Positions 18,323 through 28,642 of a DNA stretch of 64,000 bases are shown piece by piece (the stretch's first letter is position 1; each line of letters starts with the position of its first letter). The position numbers and the translations under genes were made by a program. The notes beneath the pieces were generated by a model. The model searched no databases and was not told the DNA's origin. It saw only the letters and a program-made list of their open reading frames with translations. Source of the stretch: an uncultured delta proteobacterium (GTDB lineage: Bacteria; Myxococcota_A; Polyangia; Polyangiales; Houyiibacteriaceae); NCBI GenBank assembly GCA_963699755.1, contig CAVOVB010000001.1:1792001-1856000 (forward strand), given 5' to 3'.

Positions 18323-19423
18323 CTACGGCAGCGTGACTCCACAGGCACGCAGAATCTCTTCGGTGTCGGCGCCTCGTTCCCTGGCTGGCGTGGGGTCGGC
18401 GGGCTTGGTTCGGGAAAAGCGCGGCGCCGCGACGGCGTGTTTGATGCCGTCGATTTCGACGAACGAACGCCGCGCGACGTGGTGCTCGTGCTCGAACGCC
18501 TCGGCCGCCGCGAGCACCGGCGCGAAGCAGGCGTCGCTGCCTTCGAAGACCTCGCACCATTCGTCACGGGTCTTCTGACGGAAGACTTCTTCGAGCGTCG
18601 GTCGGAGCTCGTTCCACTTGGCAGGGTTCAAGTGCGCACCCACGGCGGGCGCGCTGTCGGCGAGACCGAGCTTGTCGATGAGCTCTTTGTAGAACTGCGG
18701 CTCGAGGGCGCCGATTGATACGTACTTGCCGTCGCTGGTCTCGTAGACGTCGTAGAAGGCGGCACCCGAGTCGAGCAGGTTCTCGCCGCGCTTGTCGGAC
18801 CAAAAACCCTGCTGCATGCCCGCGTAGATGCTGGCCATCAGTGCGGCGACGCCGTCGACCATCGCCGCGTCGACGACTTGCCCCTGCCCGGACTTGTTGG
18901 CTTCGAGGAGTGCGGCGACCACGCCAAACGCCAACAGCAAACCGCCGCCGCCGAAATCACCGACCAGGTTCAAGGGAATCGTGGGCCGTTCGCCTTTGCG
19001 GCCGATGGCGTGCAGGGCACCCGCCAAGGAGATGTAATTGATGTCGTGTCCCGCCCGTTTTGCCCAGGGGCCTTCTTGGCCCCAGCCCGTCATGCGCCCG
19101 AACACGAGCCGGGGGTTTGCTTCCATACAGACATCAGGACCAATCCCGAGCCGCTCCATGACCCCAGGTCGAAAACCTTCGATTAGCGCGTCGGCGGTCC
19201 CGACGAGCTTCAGAAGCGCCGCTTTGTGCGCAGGGCTTTTCAAATCGAGGGTGATGCTCTTCTTGCCGCGGCTCATGACGTCGAAGCTCGCTTGTAAAAA
19301 AGATGGCTCCGGCCGGCCAACGCGAATGACTTCGGCGCCCAGGTCCGACAACAACATCCCGGCAAAGGGGCACGGACCGATGCCTTCGATTTCAATGATT
19401 CGAATTCCGTCGAGTGGACCCAT
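18323..19423 (-). CDS. Alpha-methylacyl-CoA racemase, CaiB/BaiF family III CoA-transferase
   Basis: GPLDGIRIIE..GIGP, EGFRPGVMERLG, GHDINY, NLVGDFGGGG. Confidence 0.9.
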   Translation of the reverse strand: MGPLDGIRIIEIEGIGPCPFAGMLLSDLGAEVIRVGRPEPSFLQASFDVMSRGKKSITLDLKSPAHKAALLKLVGTADALIEGFRPGVMERLGIGPDVCMEANPRLVFGRMTGWGQEGPWAKRAGHDINYISLAGALHAIGRKGERPTIPLNLVGDFGGGGLLLAFGVVAALLEANKSGQGQVVDAAMVDGVAALMASIYAGMQQGFWSDKRGENLLDSGAAFYDVYETSDGKYVSIGALEPQFYKELIDKLGLADSAPAVGAHLNPAKWNELRPTLEEVFRQKTRDEWCEVFEGSDACFAPVLAAAEAFEHEHHVARRSFVEIDGIKHAVAAPRFSRTKPADPTPARERGADTEEILRACGVTLP

Positions 19424-19425
19424 CT

Positions 19426-20502
19426 TCAAAGCTCCGATAGTGCGCGTCGCAAGGTGATCGATGCGAGGTTCTCGTAGTCGAACTCGTTCTCTTCATCAAT
19501 GATTTCAATCTGCTTCATGTACTGCCCAACACGCGCCATGTTCATCGAGAAACGCGTGAGGGCCAAAATGAAGTAGTAGTCGAAGTTGGCCGCGCTGTGG
19601 CCCGTTGCTTGCTTCCATCGCGTGATCGATTCGTCCTTGCCGGGAAAGCCGGGGAGGCGCTCGAGCTCGAGGCCCTCGCTGAAGCAGCGGTCGGAGGCGA
19701 GCCACCAGGCGAGGTCCTGGACGGGGTCGCCGAGCCTCACCATCTCCCAATCGAGCACCGCAACGCATTCGACGCCGTCGAAGATCTGGTTCGCGAGTCG
19801 CGAGTCACCCCAGCACAGCGCGACCGGTTGCGCATCAGGCTTGCTCGCTTCGAGGTATTCGAGCGCCCTGGCGATGTCCGGGTGCCGCGAGGCCTCCATG
19901 CCCCAGCGAAAGTACTCCTGCCAGTAGTCGAGCTGCTGATCGAGCAGCGTTTCGCCGCGCTTGGGCTCGGCCAGAAAATCGAATCCCAGGGCCTGCCAGT
20001 TCAAGCGATGGACCCCGCACATGGCCTCGAAGCCGTTCCACCAAATCGCGGTTCGCTCGTCTTCGGAGGTCTCCTCCGCGATCCAGCCCTCGTCGTGCAT
20101 CGGTGGATTGTCGGTGGGGATGCGTCCTTCGACGCGCGTCATCACATAGAACGGCACGCCGAGGACCGACTTGTCCGCCTCGAACCAACGCACGACAGGG
20201 ACCGGAACGTCGGTGTTCTCGAGAAGCTGCAGCACCTTCGCCTGGAGCCCGACGTCGTAGTACGGAAACATCACGTACTCTTCGGGCTCCAGCCTCGCGA
20301 CCAAGCCCTCGCGAATCTCAACCCCTTCCTTCGGGTAGACGAGATCGAACAGTAGGGTGTCGCTCGAGAAACCCGTGCTCAGCGGTGAGTCGAGATCCTC
20401 GATGCGAATGGCCTCTGCGGGCACCGAGAGCTTGGGGGCAAGCCACGCCTTCAACGCGCTCGCGGTTTGCTCGAGATCTCGCTCTTCATCTGCAAAGGCC
20501 AT
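19426..20502 (-). CDS. Phosphotransferase family protein (APH/ACAD10-like)
   Basis: GFSSDT loop, PFYVMTRVEG, LCWGDSRLAN, VLDWEM. Confidence 0.88.
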   Translation of the reverse strand: MAFADEERDLEQTASALKAWLAPKLSVPAEAIRIEDLDSPLSTGFSSDTLLFDLVYPKEGVEIREGLVARLEPEEYVMFPYYDVGLQAKVLQLLENTDVPVPVVRWFEADKSVLGVPFYVMTRVEGRIPTDNPPMHDEGWIAEETSEDERTAIWWNGFEAMCGVHRLNWQALGFDFLAEPKRGETLLDQQLDYWQEYFRWGMEASRHPDIARALEYLEASKPDAQPVALCWGDSRLANQIFDGVECVAVLDWEMVRLGDPVQDLAWWLASDRCFSEGLELERLPGFPGKDESITRWKQATGHSAANFDYYFILALTRFSMNMARVGQYMKQIEIIDEENEFDYENLASITLRRALSEL

Positions 20503-20599
20503 TGCCTACCTCGTGCGCATTTGACTCGCTGCGTGGCTCTGTCATTTACGTCATTCCGCTGCAGGGGTCGAGTCCCAGCGGCGAGCAACCGGGCTGACG

Positions 20600-21817
20600 A
20601 TGACCTCTTCCACGTTGAATGACCCGCTGAGGCTGCCCTGCGGAGCCGTGCTTCCAAACCGCATCGCGAAGGCGGCGATGAGCGAGCACTTGGCGTCGCC
20701 GAAGCAGTCGCCAACTCGTGGACTCGTTCGACTTTACGAGCGCTGGTCTGCCGGCGGTGCCGGCTTGTTGATCACCGGCAACGTCATGATCGACAGGGCG
20801 CACCTCGAGGCGGTTCGCAACGTCGCCGTCGGAGCCGACTCGAACATCGAGCGATTCCGCGTGTGGTCGGAGGCCGGCACGGGCCATGGCAACCATCTCT
20901 GGATGCAGCTCAACCATCCGGGCCGTCAGACGCCTCGGCACCTCAACCCCCACCCAGGCGCGCCTTCGGCAGTCGAGCCGGTCAATCTATTTCGTCGCGC
21001 CAAGGCGTTTGGCAAGCCACACGCCATGGATGAAGCGGAGATCGGGCAGGCGATTCGGAGCTTTGCCAGTGCGGCGGCGTTCGCAAAGGCCGCGGGCTTT
21101 ACCGGGGTACAAGTGCACGGCGCACACGGCTATTTGGTGAGTCAGTTTCTGTCGCCGCTGACCAACCAGCGTTCGGATCGCTGGGGCGGCGCGCTCGAAA
21201 ACCGTGCCCGCTTTGCCCGCACCGTGCTGGGCAAAATCCGCACCGAGGTCGGTGATGACTTCCCAATCGGAATCAAGCTCAACTCGGCGGACTTTCAGCG
21301 CGGTGGCTTTACCGAAGAAGAGTCGATGCGCGTGCTCGGTATGCTCCAAGAAGATGGAATCGATCTCGTGGAGATTTCTGGCGGCAGCTACGAGTCCCGC
21401 GTCATGCTCGGCAAGGTAGAAGACGAGCGCGAAGCGTTTTTCCTCGACTACGCAAAGAAGGCGCGCTCCGAAGTCGACATTCCCATGATGGTCACCGGCG
21501 GCTTCCGCGCTCGATCGATCATGGTCGACGCGCTTGCAACGGGCGCGCTCGATATCGTTGGCATGGCCCGGCCGTTCACAAATGACCCGAGCGTGGCGCG
21601 AGACTTGCTCGACGGGCGCACCGAACGCGCCGCCGATCCTCCGGTCATGCCCGGGCTCGGCCGGCTGGGTGGCACCTCCGAGGCGATGATGAGCGTCGCT
21701 CAGATGGGGCTGATGGCGCAGGGCAAGAGCCCGACCTTGCGTTTCGGCGGCCTGGGCGCGGTCCTCGGTGCTCTGGTGCAAGAGAGCGCCGACCTCTTCA
21801 AGCCCAAGCGTTCCTGA
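20600..21817 (+). CDS. NADH:flavin oxidoreductase (Old Yellow Enzyme family)
   Basis: NRIAKAAMSE, QLNHPGRQ, HGAHGYLVSQFLSP, WGGALENRAR, EISGGSYE. Confidence 0.92.
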   Translation: MTSSTLNDPLRLPCGAVLPNRIAKAAMSEHLASPKQSPTRGLVRLYERWSAGGAGLLITGNVMIDRAHLEAVRNVAVGADSNIERFRVWSEAGTGHGNHLWMQLNHPGRQTPRHLNPHPGAPSAVEPVNLFRRAKAFGKPHAMDEAEIGQAIRSFASAAAFAKAAGFTGVQVHGAHGYLVSQFLSPLTNQRSDRWGGALENRARFARTVLGKIRTEVGDDFPIGIKLNSADFQRGGFTEEESMRVLGMLQEDGIDLVEISGGSYESRVMLGKVEDEREAFFLDYAKKARSEVDIPMMVTGGFRARSIMVDALATGALDIVGMARPFTNDPSVARDLLDGRTERAADPPVMPGLGRLGGTSEAMMSVAQMGLMAQGKSPTLRFGGLGAVLGALVQESADLFKPKRS

Positions 21818-21979
21818 GGCCCCCGTCGCGACGGTAGGACGCGCAAAATTTGCGCCACGCACGACCGGGCGCCGGTCGGCCTTGCAGTTTCGGTCGCCCC
21901 CAGTAGCATCCCGCCCAATCGTCTGGAGACCGGGGTCTCTGAAGAAGCATTCGCCAATCTTTGAGGAGAGGAGGTGACG

Positions 21980-22675
21980 ATGCTGTCTAAGTCCGCTGCG
22001 CGCGCGTTCTTTTTGTCTGGAACGTTACTTTTCAGCGCGGTTTTCATTTGGCTCACGGTCGACACGTTCCAACGCATCCCAGCTCAGACCAACTCGGATG
22101 AACTGACCGAATCGGTGGCACGCGGGAAGCAGCTCTGGGAGGAGAACAACTGCATGGGCTGTCACACGCTGCTCGGTGAGGGGGCGTACTACGCGCCCGA
22201 GCTGACGCGTGTGTACGACCGTCGTGGGCCAGCCTTCATCGCTCAGATGCTCCGGGACCCCGAAGCAGTCTACCCAGGGCAGCGTCGGATGGTGAAGTAC
22301 GACTTCAGCGAAGCCCAGATCGACGACATGAACGCGTTCTTCGAGTGGATCGGCCGGATGGACCTCAACGGCTTTCCTCCGAAACCCACAATCGGTTTGG
22401 CGGGAGCGGCTCCCATCCCCATCCCGGGCGGCGAGCGACCGGAGATCTTCTCTCAGGTGTGCACGGCATGTCACTCCCTCGGCGGGATTGGCGGCGCCAT
22501 TGGGCCACCACTCGACTTCGTGGGCGACCGCTTCGATCGAGGCTACCTGATGAGGTGGATCACCGATCCGCAAGCGGTCAAGCCCGGCACGACGATGCCG
22601 ACGCTCGCGCTCACCGAGCAGCAACGCAATGAAGTCGTCATCTTTCTCTCCAAGCAACGCGAGGGCGGGCTATGA
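21980..22675 (+). CDS. norC: Nitric oxide reductase cytochrome c subunit, diheme form
   Basis: N-terminal TM, NCMGCHTLLGEGAYYAPELT, plus a second cytochrome c domain (CTACH..KPGTTMP). Confidence 0.92.
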   Translation: MLSKSAARAFFLSGTLLFSAVFIWLTVDTFQRIPAQTNSDELTESVARGKQLWEENNCMGCHTLLGEGAYYAPELTRVYDRRGPAFIAQMLRDPEAVYPGQRRMVKYDFSEAQIDDMNAFFEWIGRMDLNGFPPKPTIGLAGAAPIPIPGGERPEIFSQVCTACHSLGGIGGAIGPPLDFVGDRFDRGYLMRWITDPQAVKPGTTMPTLALTEQQRNEVVIFLSKQREGGL

Positions 22676-24039
22676 AGTACGAATCGCAAAAAGTCGCGTA
22701 CTGGTTTTTCGCGACCTGCATGCTCTTGCTGAGCTTGCAGCTGGTTTACGGTTTCATCATGGCATTTGCACACGTTGGCTACGACGGGCTGCATCCCTGG
22801 GTTCCCTTCAACGTCGCGCGCGCCTCGCACAACAATCTCTTGGTCATGTGGCTCTTGGCGGGCTTCATGGGCGCCGCGTACTACATCATTCCGGATGAGT
22901 GTGAGCGGCCGCTCTACTGGCCCAAGCTCGCGTACGTGCAGTTGATCGCGTTCGTGATCGTCGGCGTGACTGCGATCATCGGTTTCCACTTCAACTGGTG
23001 GGAGGGGCGCAAGTTCCTCGAGATTCCGCGTCCGCTCGACTACCTCGTCGTCGTCGACGTGCTTTTGTTCGTCGCCAACATCGGCATGACCATTTGGAAG
23101 GCCCCCAAGATGACCACGACTTCGATCGTGCTCTTCTTCGGTCTCCTGATGGCGGCCGTCCTCTACCTGCCGGGGATGATCCCGACCGACCACCAGACAC
23201 ACGATGCGTTCTGGCGCTGGTGGGTCGTTCACCTCTGGGTCGAAGGCGTCTGGGAGCTCATCATGGGCGGCATTCTTGCGTATCTGTTGATCCGGCTCAC
23301 CGGCGTCGACCGCGAGATCGTCGAGAAGTGGCTCTATGTCATCGTCGGCTTCACGTTCTTGTCGGGCATACTCGGCACGGGGCACCACTACTACTTCATC
23401 GGCACGCCGAACTACTGGCTCTGGGTCGGCGGCATCTTCAGCGCCCTCGAGCCGCTCGCGTTCCTAGGCATGGCGATTTACGGCCTCGCACTGGCGAAGA
23501 AGGGCGGTCGAAACCATCCAAATCGAATCGCTTTGTTCTGGACGGTGGGTACCTGCGTCATGTCGTTCGTTGGAGCCGGCTTCCTCGGCATCGCACACAC
23601 GCTTCCGCAGGTGAACCTGTACACGCACGGCACACTGGTGACGGCGATGCACGGTCACATGGCCTTCTGGGGCGCCTACGCGATGTTGGTCCTGGCCATC
23701 ATCACCTACGCTATGCCGCAGCTGACCGGTCGCAAGCTCTTCGATACACCGAGCGCGACCTATGCGTTTTGGTCGGCCAACATCGGCATGACTGCCATGA
23801 CGGTCGCGTTCGGCATTGCCGGCGTGGCCCAGGTCTACCTCGAGCGTCGCGCGGGCATGGAGTTCCTCGACGTTCAGCGCGAGCTCCAGGTCCACTTCAT
23901 TGGGCTCATCTTGGCGGCGACTCTCTTCACGTCGGGCATCCTCGCGTTCATCTACAATTTCATTCGCTACGGTTGGCCGGTAGGTGACGTCGAAGAGCCC
24001 ATCCCCACGGGCACCAGGGCAGCGGTCCCGGCGGAATGA
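22672..24039 (+). CDS. norB: Nitric oxide reductase catalytic subunit
   Basis: HLWVEGVWE, GTGHHYY, SALEP and HGHMAFWGAY motifs. Confidence 0.97.
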   Translation: MKYESQKVAYWFFATCMLLLSLQLVYGFIMAFAHVGYDGLHPWVPFNVARASHNNLLVMWLLAGFMGAAYYIIPDECERPLYWPKLAYVQLIAFVIVGVTAIIGFHFNWWEGRKFLEIPRPLDYLVVVDVLLFVANIGMTIWKAPKMTTTSIVLFFGLLMAAVLYLPGMIPTDHQTHDAFWRWWVVHLWVEGVWELIMGGILAYLLIRLTGVDREIVEKWLYVIVGFTFLSGILGTGHHYYFIGTPNYWLWVGGIFSALEPLAFLGMAIYGLALAKKGGRNHPNRIALFWTVGTCVMSFVGAGFLGIAHTLPQVNLYTHGTLVTAMHGHMAFWGAYAMLVLAIITYAMPQLTGRKLFDTPSATYAFWSANIGMTAMTVAFGIAGVAQVYLERRAGMEFLDVQRELQVHFIGLILAATLFTSGILAFIYNFIRYGWPVGDVEEPIPTGTRAAVPAE

Positions 24040-24815
24040 GGGCGACCCCGCCCTGGTATCGTCCCGTCGGCCGAGAGGTCGAGCTCTTCGAGCACGCTCA
24101 TCGCCAAAGGCTACCGCTTTTGCTCGCCGGGCCGACCGGCTGTGGCAAGACGCGGTTCGTCGAGGCGATGGCGGCCCAACTCGACTTGCCCCTGATCACA
24201 GTGGCCTGCCACGACGAGACCTCGTCGATCGATTTGGTCGGACGCTTCTTGATCAGGGGCGCCGAAACGGTTTGGCAAGACGGCCCAGTCACCCGGGCGG
24301 TGCGAGCGGGCGCCGTTCTCTACCTCGACGAGATCATCGAGGCGCGAGAGGACGTGATTGTGGTCCTACACTCGCTCACCGATCATCGGCGCGAGCTCTA
24401 CATCGACCGGCTGGACGAAACCTTGTTCGCCCCTGAGGGTTTCATGGTCGTCGCCAGCTTCAATCCAGGCTATGCGCGGGGCTTCAAAGAGCTCCGGCCG
24501 TCGACCCGGCAGCGCTTCGTCGTGCAGCGGTTCTCGTATCCCGAAGCGAGGGTCGAAACCGAGATCGTGGCGCACGAAGCCAAGCTCGAAGACGGCCCGG
24601 CCAAGCGACTCGTCGAGTTTGCGAGCAAGGTGCGCGCCATGGAGGAGCTCCAACTCGCGGAGACGGTCTCGACTCGACTGCTGGTGACGGCCGGCAAGCT
24701 GATCGCGAGCGGCGTGGCGCCCCGGGTTGCCTGCAACGCAGCGGTCGTGCAACCGATCACCGATGACCGTGCCCAGTTGGAGGCCTTGCAGGATTTGGCC
24801 AACCTGATGTTCTGA
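24036..24815 (+). CDS. norQ: NorQ/NirQ/CbbQ AAA+ ATPase
   Basis: Walker A GPTGCGKT, LYLDEI, SFNPGY, LRPSTRQRF, STRLL. Confidence 0.95.
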   Translation: MRATPPWYRPVGREVELFEHAHRQRLPLLLAGPTGCGKTRFVEAMAAQLDLPLITVACHDETSSIDLVGRFLIRGAETVWQDGPVTRAVRAGAVLYLDEIIEAREDVIVVLHSLTDHRRELYIDRLDETLFAPEGFMVVASFNPGYARGFKELRPSTRQRFVVQRFSYPEARVETEIVAHEAKLEDGPAKRLVEFASKVRAMEELQLAETVSTRLLVTAGKLIASGVAPRVACNAAVVQPITDDRAQLEALQDLANLMF

Positions 24816-26764
24816 TGGAATGGGATCAGCGAGCGTTTGCTTGGCTCTACCGATCGTTTCGGCGGGTGGCGGGCAAGAGCCCCGCTACCGGGGTCGAGTC
24901 CCCGTTGGAGTCGCTGACAGCCCGCTTCGAGACCTTGAGCAACTTGCTCACCGGCGCGAAGTGGGACGTCGTTTCTGGCAAAGCGCTGGGCGGCGCCGGG
25001 CCCGGACGGCTGGTTCTACCTGAGAGCGTCGCCTGGCTTGCGGACCCGGAGGAGCAGGCATCTTTCTATCTCTACCGTGTCGTCGTCGGGGTAACCGCGT
25101 CGGAGCTCGGGTTCGTTGCCGACGAAGCCTGGTCGAGTCAAAGGCGCGCCTTGGCGATGCTGATCGCGATTCCAAGCATCCACCGGGAGATCGAGGCTCG
25201 TTATCCCGGGGCCGAGTCGCTCGTCGATCGCGCTGCCGCAACTGCGGGCGGCCAGTTCCCATTCGATGAGCGCGTCGCCGCGAACCGTTGCTTCTCGAAT
25301 GCGTGTCGAACAATTTTGCGGCGTGACTCGGTGCCATTGAGCGAGGACTCCGGAGCGCGGGTCGTAGAGCAGGATCTCGTTGATGCGGCAATACGTCCTC
25401 ACGACCAACGGAGTCTTTGCCAAGCGTCATCCGACTTCGAACGCGCACTCCAGAGGCTATCGAAGAGACGAGCCCAAGGTGAGTATCGATCACCGTGGGG
25501 GCAGCTCCTGCCGCCTTCCAAGCCCTGGAATGTCTCCCTCGAGCCCCCCGAAGACCCACACAGCAACTTGCCAAGCGGTACCGAGCGAAAGATGCGGCGC
25601 CGGCCCAGCGAGGTGGAGTACGTCGACCTCGAATCGCAAAAGGACAAAGACAATCCGCTGGTTCATTCGTTCGAGAAGGTGCACACCGCCACCGAATATC
25701 AGAGCGGCCGAAAGCAGCTCGATGGCTCCGATCAGCTCGCCCAACAAGAGGAGGCGCTCGAGGAGCTCGAGCTCAGCAAGCTCACGCGGACCGCCGAAAC
25801 CGCGCAATCGGTCTACCGCGCCGATCTGCGGGCCGGTTTGCATACCGCGGACCTCGACGAAGAGCCTTCTTCGACTCGCGCCCATCGGTATCCCGAATGG
25901 AATTTCAAGCATCGCGCGTACCGCGACGACTGGTGCACGGTCAACGAGCAGATCTCACCGCCAAGTGGCTCGGCATCGAGCGTCGCTGCGGCGAGCCGCC
26001 GACTGCACGGGGAAGTGCTGCGTCTTCAGGCGGAGCTCAAACGTCTCGAGCTCGAGCGTCGGTGGCGCAACCGTCAGCTCGACGGCAGCGAAATCGACAT
26101 CGACGCGCTCGTGGACCGGCAGGCGACCCTGATGGCGGGCCGGCACCCTGACCCACGGATCTACGTCCGTAGGAAGGTTCACGACTCCGAGCTCGCCATG
26201 CTGATCTTGGTTGACGCGAGCCTCTCGAGCGATTCCTGGGTTTCGGGGAAACGGATCTTCGATGTCGTCCGCGATTCGACTCAGGTGCTCGTCGAGTCGT
26301 TCGAGCCGACGTCCGCCAAGCTTTCGATCTGCGCGTTTTACAGCAACACCAGGCGCGACTGCCGATTCTTGGTCGCCAAGGGATTCGATGATTCCACGCG
26401 TCTGGGGCTGCAACGGCTCCATGGGATTGCGCCCGCGGGCTACACGCGGATCGGTCCAGCCGTTCGGCATGCCCTCGAGGTGCTGGACCGGAGCGGTGCG
26501 CGCCGCCGCCTCATCTTGCTCCTCACCGATGCGAAACCCACGGACTACGACCACTACGAGGGCCACTACGGCGTCGAAGACGTGCGCCAGTCGCTTCGAG
26601 AGGCAGGGGAGCAGGGGGTTCATTGCCTCGCGCTCGCCGTTCGCGACAAAGGGGAAGCGTACCTCACGCACATGTTTGGACCGCACGGCTGGATGCTCTT
26701 GCCCGACGTGCATTCGCTTCCGGGGCGTTTCGTCTCGGTGGCCAGCGACTTCTTACGAAGCTAA
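24815..26764 (+). CDS. norD: NorD vWA-domain NOR maturation protein
   Basis: YPEW, MIDAS DASLSS, YTRIGPAVRH, LLTDAKPTDYDHYEG. Follows norQ. Confidence 0.92.
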   Translation: MEWDQRAFAWLYRSFRRVAGKSPATGVESPLESLTARFETLSNLLTGAKWDVVSGKALGGAGPGRLVLPESVAWLADPEEQASFYLYRVVVGVTASELGFVADEAWSSQRRALAMLIAIPSIHREIEARYPGAESLVDRAAATAGGQFPFDERVAANRCFSNACRTILRRDSVPLSEDSGARVVEQDLVDAAIRPHDQRSLCQASSDFERALQRLSKRRAQGEYRSPWGQLLPPSKPWNVSLEPPEDPHSNLPSGTERKMRRRPSEVEYVDLESQKDKDNPLVHSFEKVHTATEYQSGRKQLDGSDQLAQQEEALEELELSKLTRTAETAQSVYRADLRAGLHTADLDEEPSSTRAHRYPEWNFKHRAYRDDWCTVNEQISPPSGSASSVAAASRRLHGEVLRLQAELKRLELERRWRNRQLDGSEIDIDALVDRQATLMAGRHPDPRIYVRRKVHDSELAMLILVDASLSSDSWVSGKRIFDVVRDSTQVLVESFEPTSAKLSICAFYSNTRRDCRFLVAKGFDDSTRLGLQRLHGIAPAGYTRIGPAVRHALEVLDRSGARRRLILLLTDAKPTDYDHYEGHYGVEDVRQSLREAGEQGVHCLALAVRDKGEAYLTHMFGPHGWMLLPDVHSLPGRFVSVASDFLRS

Positions 26765-26773
26765 GAGCCTGCA

Positions 26774-27187
26774 ATGAAGCTCTTCACCGAGACGATCACG
26801 CTTTGCACGACGAGCGAGCGCGAGCTCGTCGACTTCACTCTCGAGGCCCAACGACTCGTTCGTACGTCTGGTGTCCAGGAGGGCCTCTGCGCCCTGTACG
26901 CTCACGGCGCCACAGCCGCGTTGATGATTCAAGAGAACGACGACCCCAACATCAGGAGAGACGTCGTGAGCTGCCTCGACAAGCTCGTCCCCAAAGGTGT
27001 CTGGCTCCACGATCGGATCGATGGCAACGGGGCCTCACACATTCAGGCGGGCATCATTGGCCCGAGCGAGTCGATCCCAATTCGAGGGGGCAAGCTCGAT
27101 CTGTCGACGTGGCAGAACGTCTTTTTTTGCGAGCTCGACGGTCCCCGCCGAAAGCGGACGGTGGCAGTTACGATCTTCGGAACTTGA
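26774..27187 (+). CDS. yjbQ: YjbQ/UPF0047 family protein
   Basis: QENDDP, HDRIDGNGASH, WQNVFFCELDGPR. Confidence 0.88.
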   Translation: MKLFTETITLCTTSERELVDFTLEAQRLVRTSGVQEGLCALYAHGATAALMIQENDDPNIRRDVVSCLDKLVPKGVWLHDRIDGNGASHIQAGIIGPSESIPIRGGKLDLSTWQNVFFCELDGPRRKRTVAVTIFGT

Positions 27188-27190
27188 GCG

Positions 27191-27922
27191 TCAGCGGAGC
27201 GTCGAGACGATTAGGTAGACAGCGAGGACCGCGAGCACCAGTTGGAACCAGAACACGAAGCGCTCTTTCGAGATTCGATTCAATAAGTGCTTACCGAAGT
27301 ACGTGCCGCCGATCACTGCGACCACCAAACTCGCGAGCACTGGCGCGTAGGGCGCGTAGTCGAAGCTCAACGCCAGGAAGGCCGGGATCTTCAGGAGGTG
27401 AAGCCAGGTTTGGCAAACCGCCTTGGTCGCGATGACCTGCTCGTTGTCGAAGTCGTCGCGGAGGAAGAACGGGGCTAAGAACGGGCCGGTCGCGCCGACG
27501 AAGATCGCAAGCAGCCCCGCCGCGAGACCTAGCAACGCGTATGACCAGGCTGGTGGATTGCGAAGCTTTGGTTTGTAGCGTCGCCAGAGCAAGAAGCACA
27601 AAATGAACGCGCCGACCCATGCTCGGAACCAGGCAAGCTTCAGATCAGCCCAGATGTTCGCCGCGATGGCCACGCCCGCGACGGCGGGGACCATGAAGGC
27701 GAAGAAGATCGGCCACCGGACGTGCCGGCGAAAGGCCCAGGTTCGCGTCCAATTGGAGGCCAGCTGCACGATGCCGTGCAGGGGCACCACCACGGGCGCG
27801 GGGAGTAGGGCGGTCATCACGCCGAGCAGGGTGACTCCTCCTGCCATCCCCAAAATTCCAGAGATGGTGGCTGTGACGAAGCAGGCGACGACGAGGACGA
27901 CGACCGTGACCACCTCGAACAT
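27191..27922 (-). CDS. TauE/SafE-family sulfite exporter
   Basis: Multi-TM protein, ISGILGMAGG, VPLHGIVQL, GATGP. Confidence 0.85.
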   Translation of the reverse strand: MFEVVTVVVLVVACFVTATISGILGMAGGVTLLGVMTALLPAPVVVPLHGIVQLASNWTRTWAFRRHVRWPIFFAFMVPAVAGVAIAANIWADLKLAWFRAWVGAFILCFLLWRRYKPKLRNPPAWSYALLGLAAGLLAIFVGATGPFLAPFFLRDDFDNEQVIATKAVCQTWLHLLKIPAFLALSFDYAPYAPVLASLVVAVIGGTYFGKHLLNRISKERFVFWFQLVLAVLAVYLIVSTLR

Positions 27923-27986
27923 GCGCGGAGGCTAGCATCCCTTTCGCCTTGTGCTCCATGGGCAACATGGGTATTCGACGAGACGC

Positions 27987-28637
27987 ATGCCGAAGCGCGT
28001 CCTTCGTTTTCATTTCGACTACATCTCGCCCTACAGCTACCTGGCCTGGCAGCAACTCGGCGACTTCGCGAACGAGCACGAGCTGCGTGTGGAGCCCAAG
28101 CCCACGCTGCTTGCAGGCCTGCTGAACCATTTTGGCCACAAGGGACCCGCAGAGATCGAGCCCAAACGGATCTACATGTTCAAGGACTGCATTCGGGCCG
28201 CGGTGCAACTCGGCGTGCCGTTTGCGCCCGTGTTTTCGCATCCGTTCAATCCGCTTCCGTCGCTCCGGGCGACGCTGCTCGAGATGGAGGACCAGACCCG
28301 CGAGCGCCTGGTGACCGACCTGTTCCATGCAACCTGGGCCGAGAGCCGTGACATGGGCTCCGCGGAAGTCGTCGCTGAAGTTTGCGCCGGCGCGGGCATT
28401 CCGAACGCGCTCGATCGCATCCGGGATCCCGAAATCAAGCAACGTCTCCTACAGGCCAGTCGGGAGGCCATCGAGATCGGTGTCTTCGGTGTTCCGACGA
28501 TGATCGTCGACGACGAGCTTTTCTGGGGGACGGACAGCTTCCCGCACCTCGCGCGCTTTCTGCGCGGCGACGACCCTGTTCGCCCGGAAGACGTCGAAGC
28601 CTGGCGCGCGGTTCCCGCGTCGGCCCAGCGAAAATAG
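27987..28637 (+). CDS. 2-hydroxychromene-2-carboxylate isomerase / kappa-GST (DsbA-like)
   Basis: FDYISPYSYL, HPFNP, GVFGVPT, LFWGTD. Confidence 0.88.
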   Translation: MPKRVLRFHFDYISPYSYLAWQQLGDFANEHELRVEPKPTLLAGLLNHFGHKGPAEIEPKRIYMFKDCIRAAVQLGVPFAPVFSHPFNPLPSLRATLLEMEDQTRERLVTDLFHATWAESRDMGSAEVVAEVCAGAGIPNALDRIRDPEIKQRLLQASREAIEIGVFGVPTMIVDDELFWGTDSFPHLARFLRGDDPVRPEDVEAWRAVPASAQRK

Positions 28638-28642
28638 CCGGA

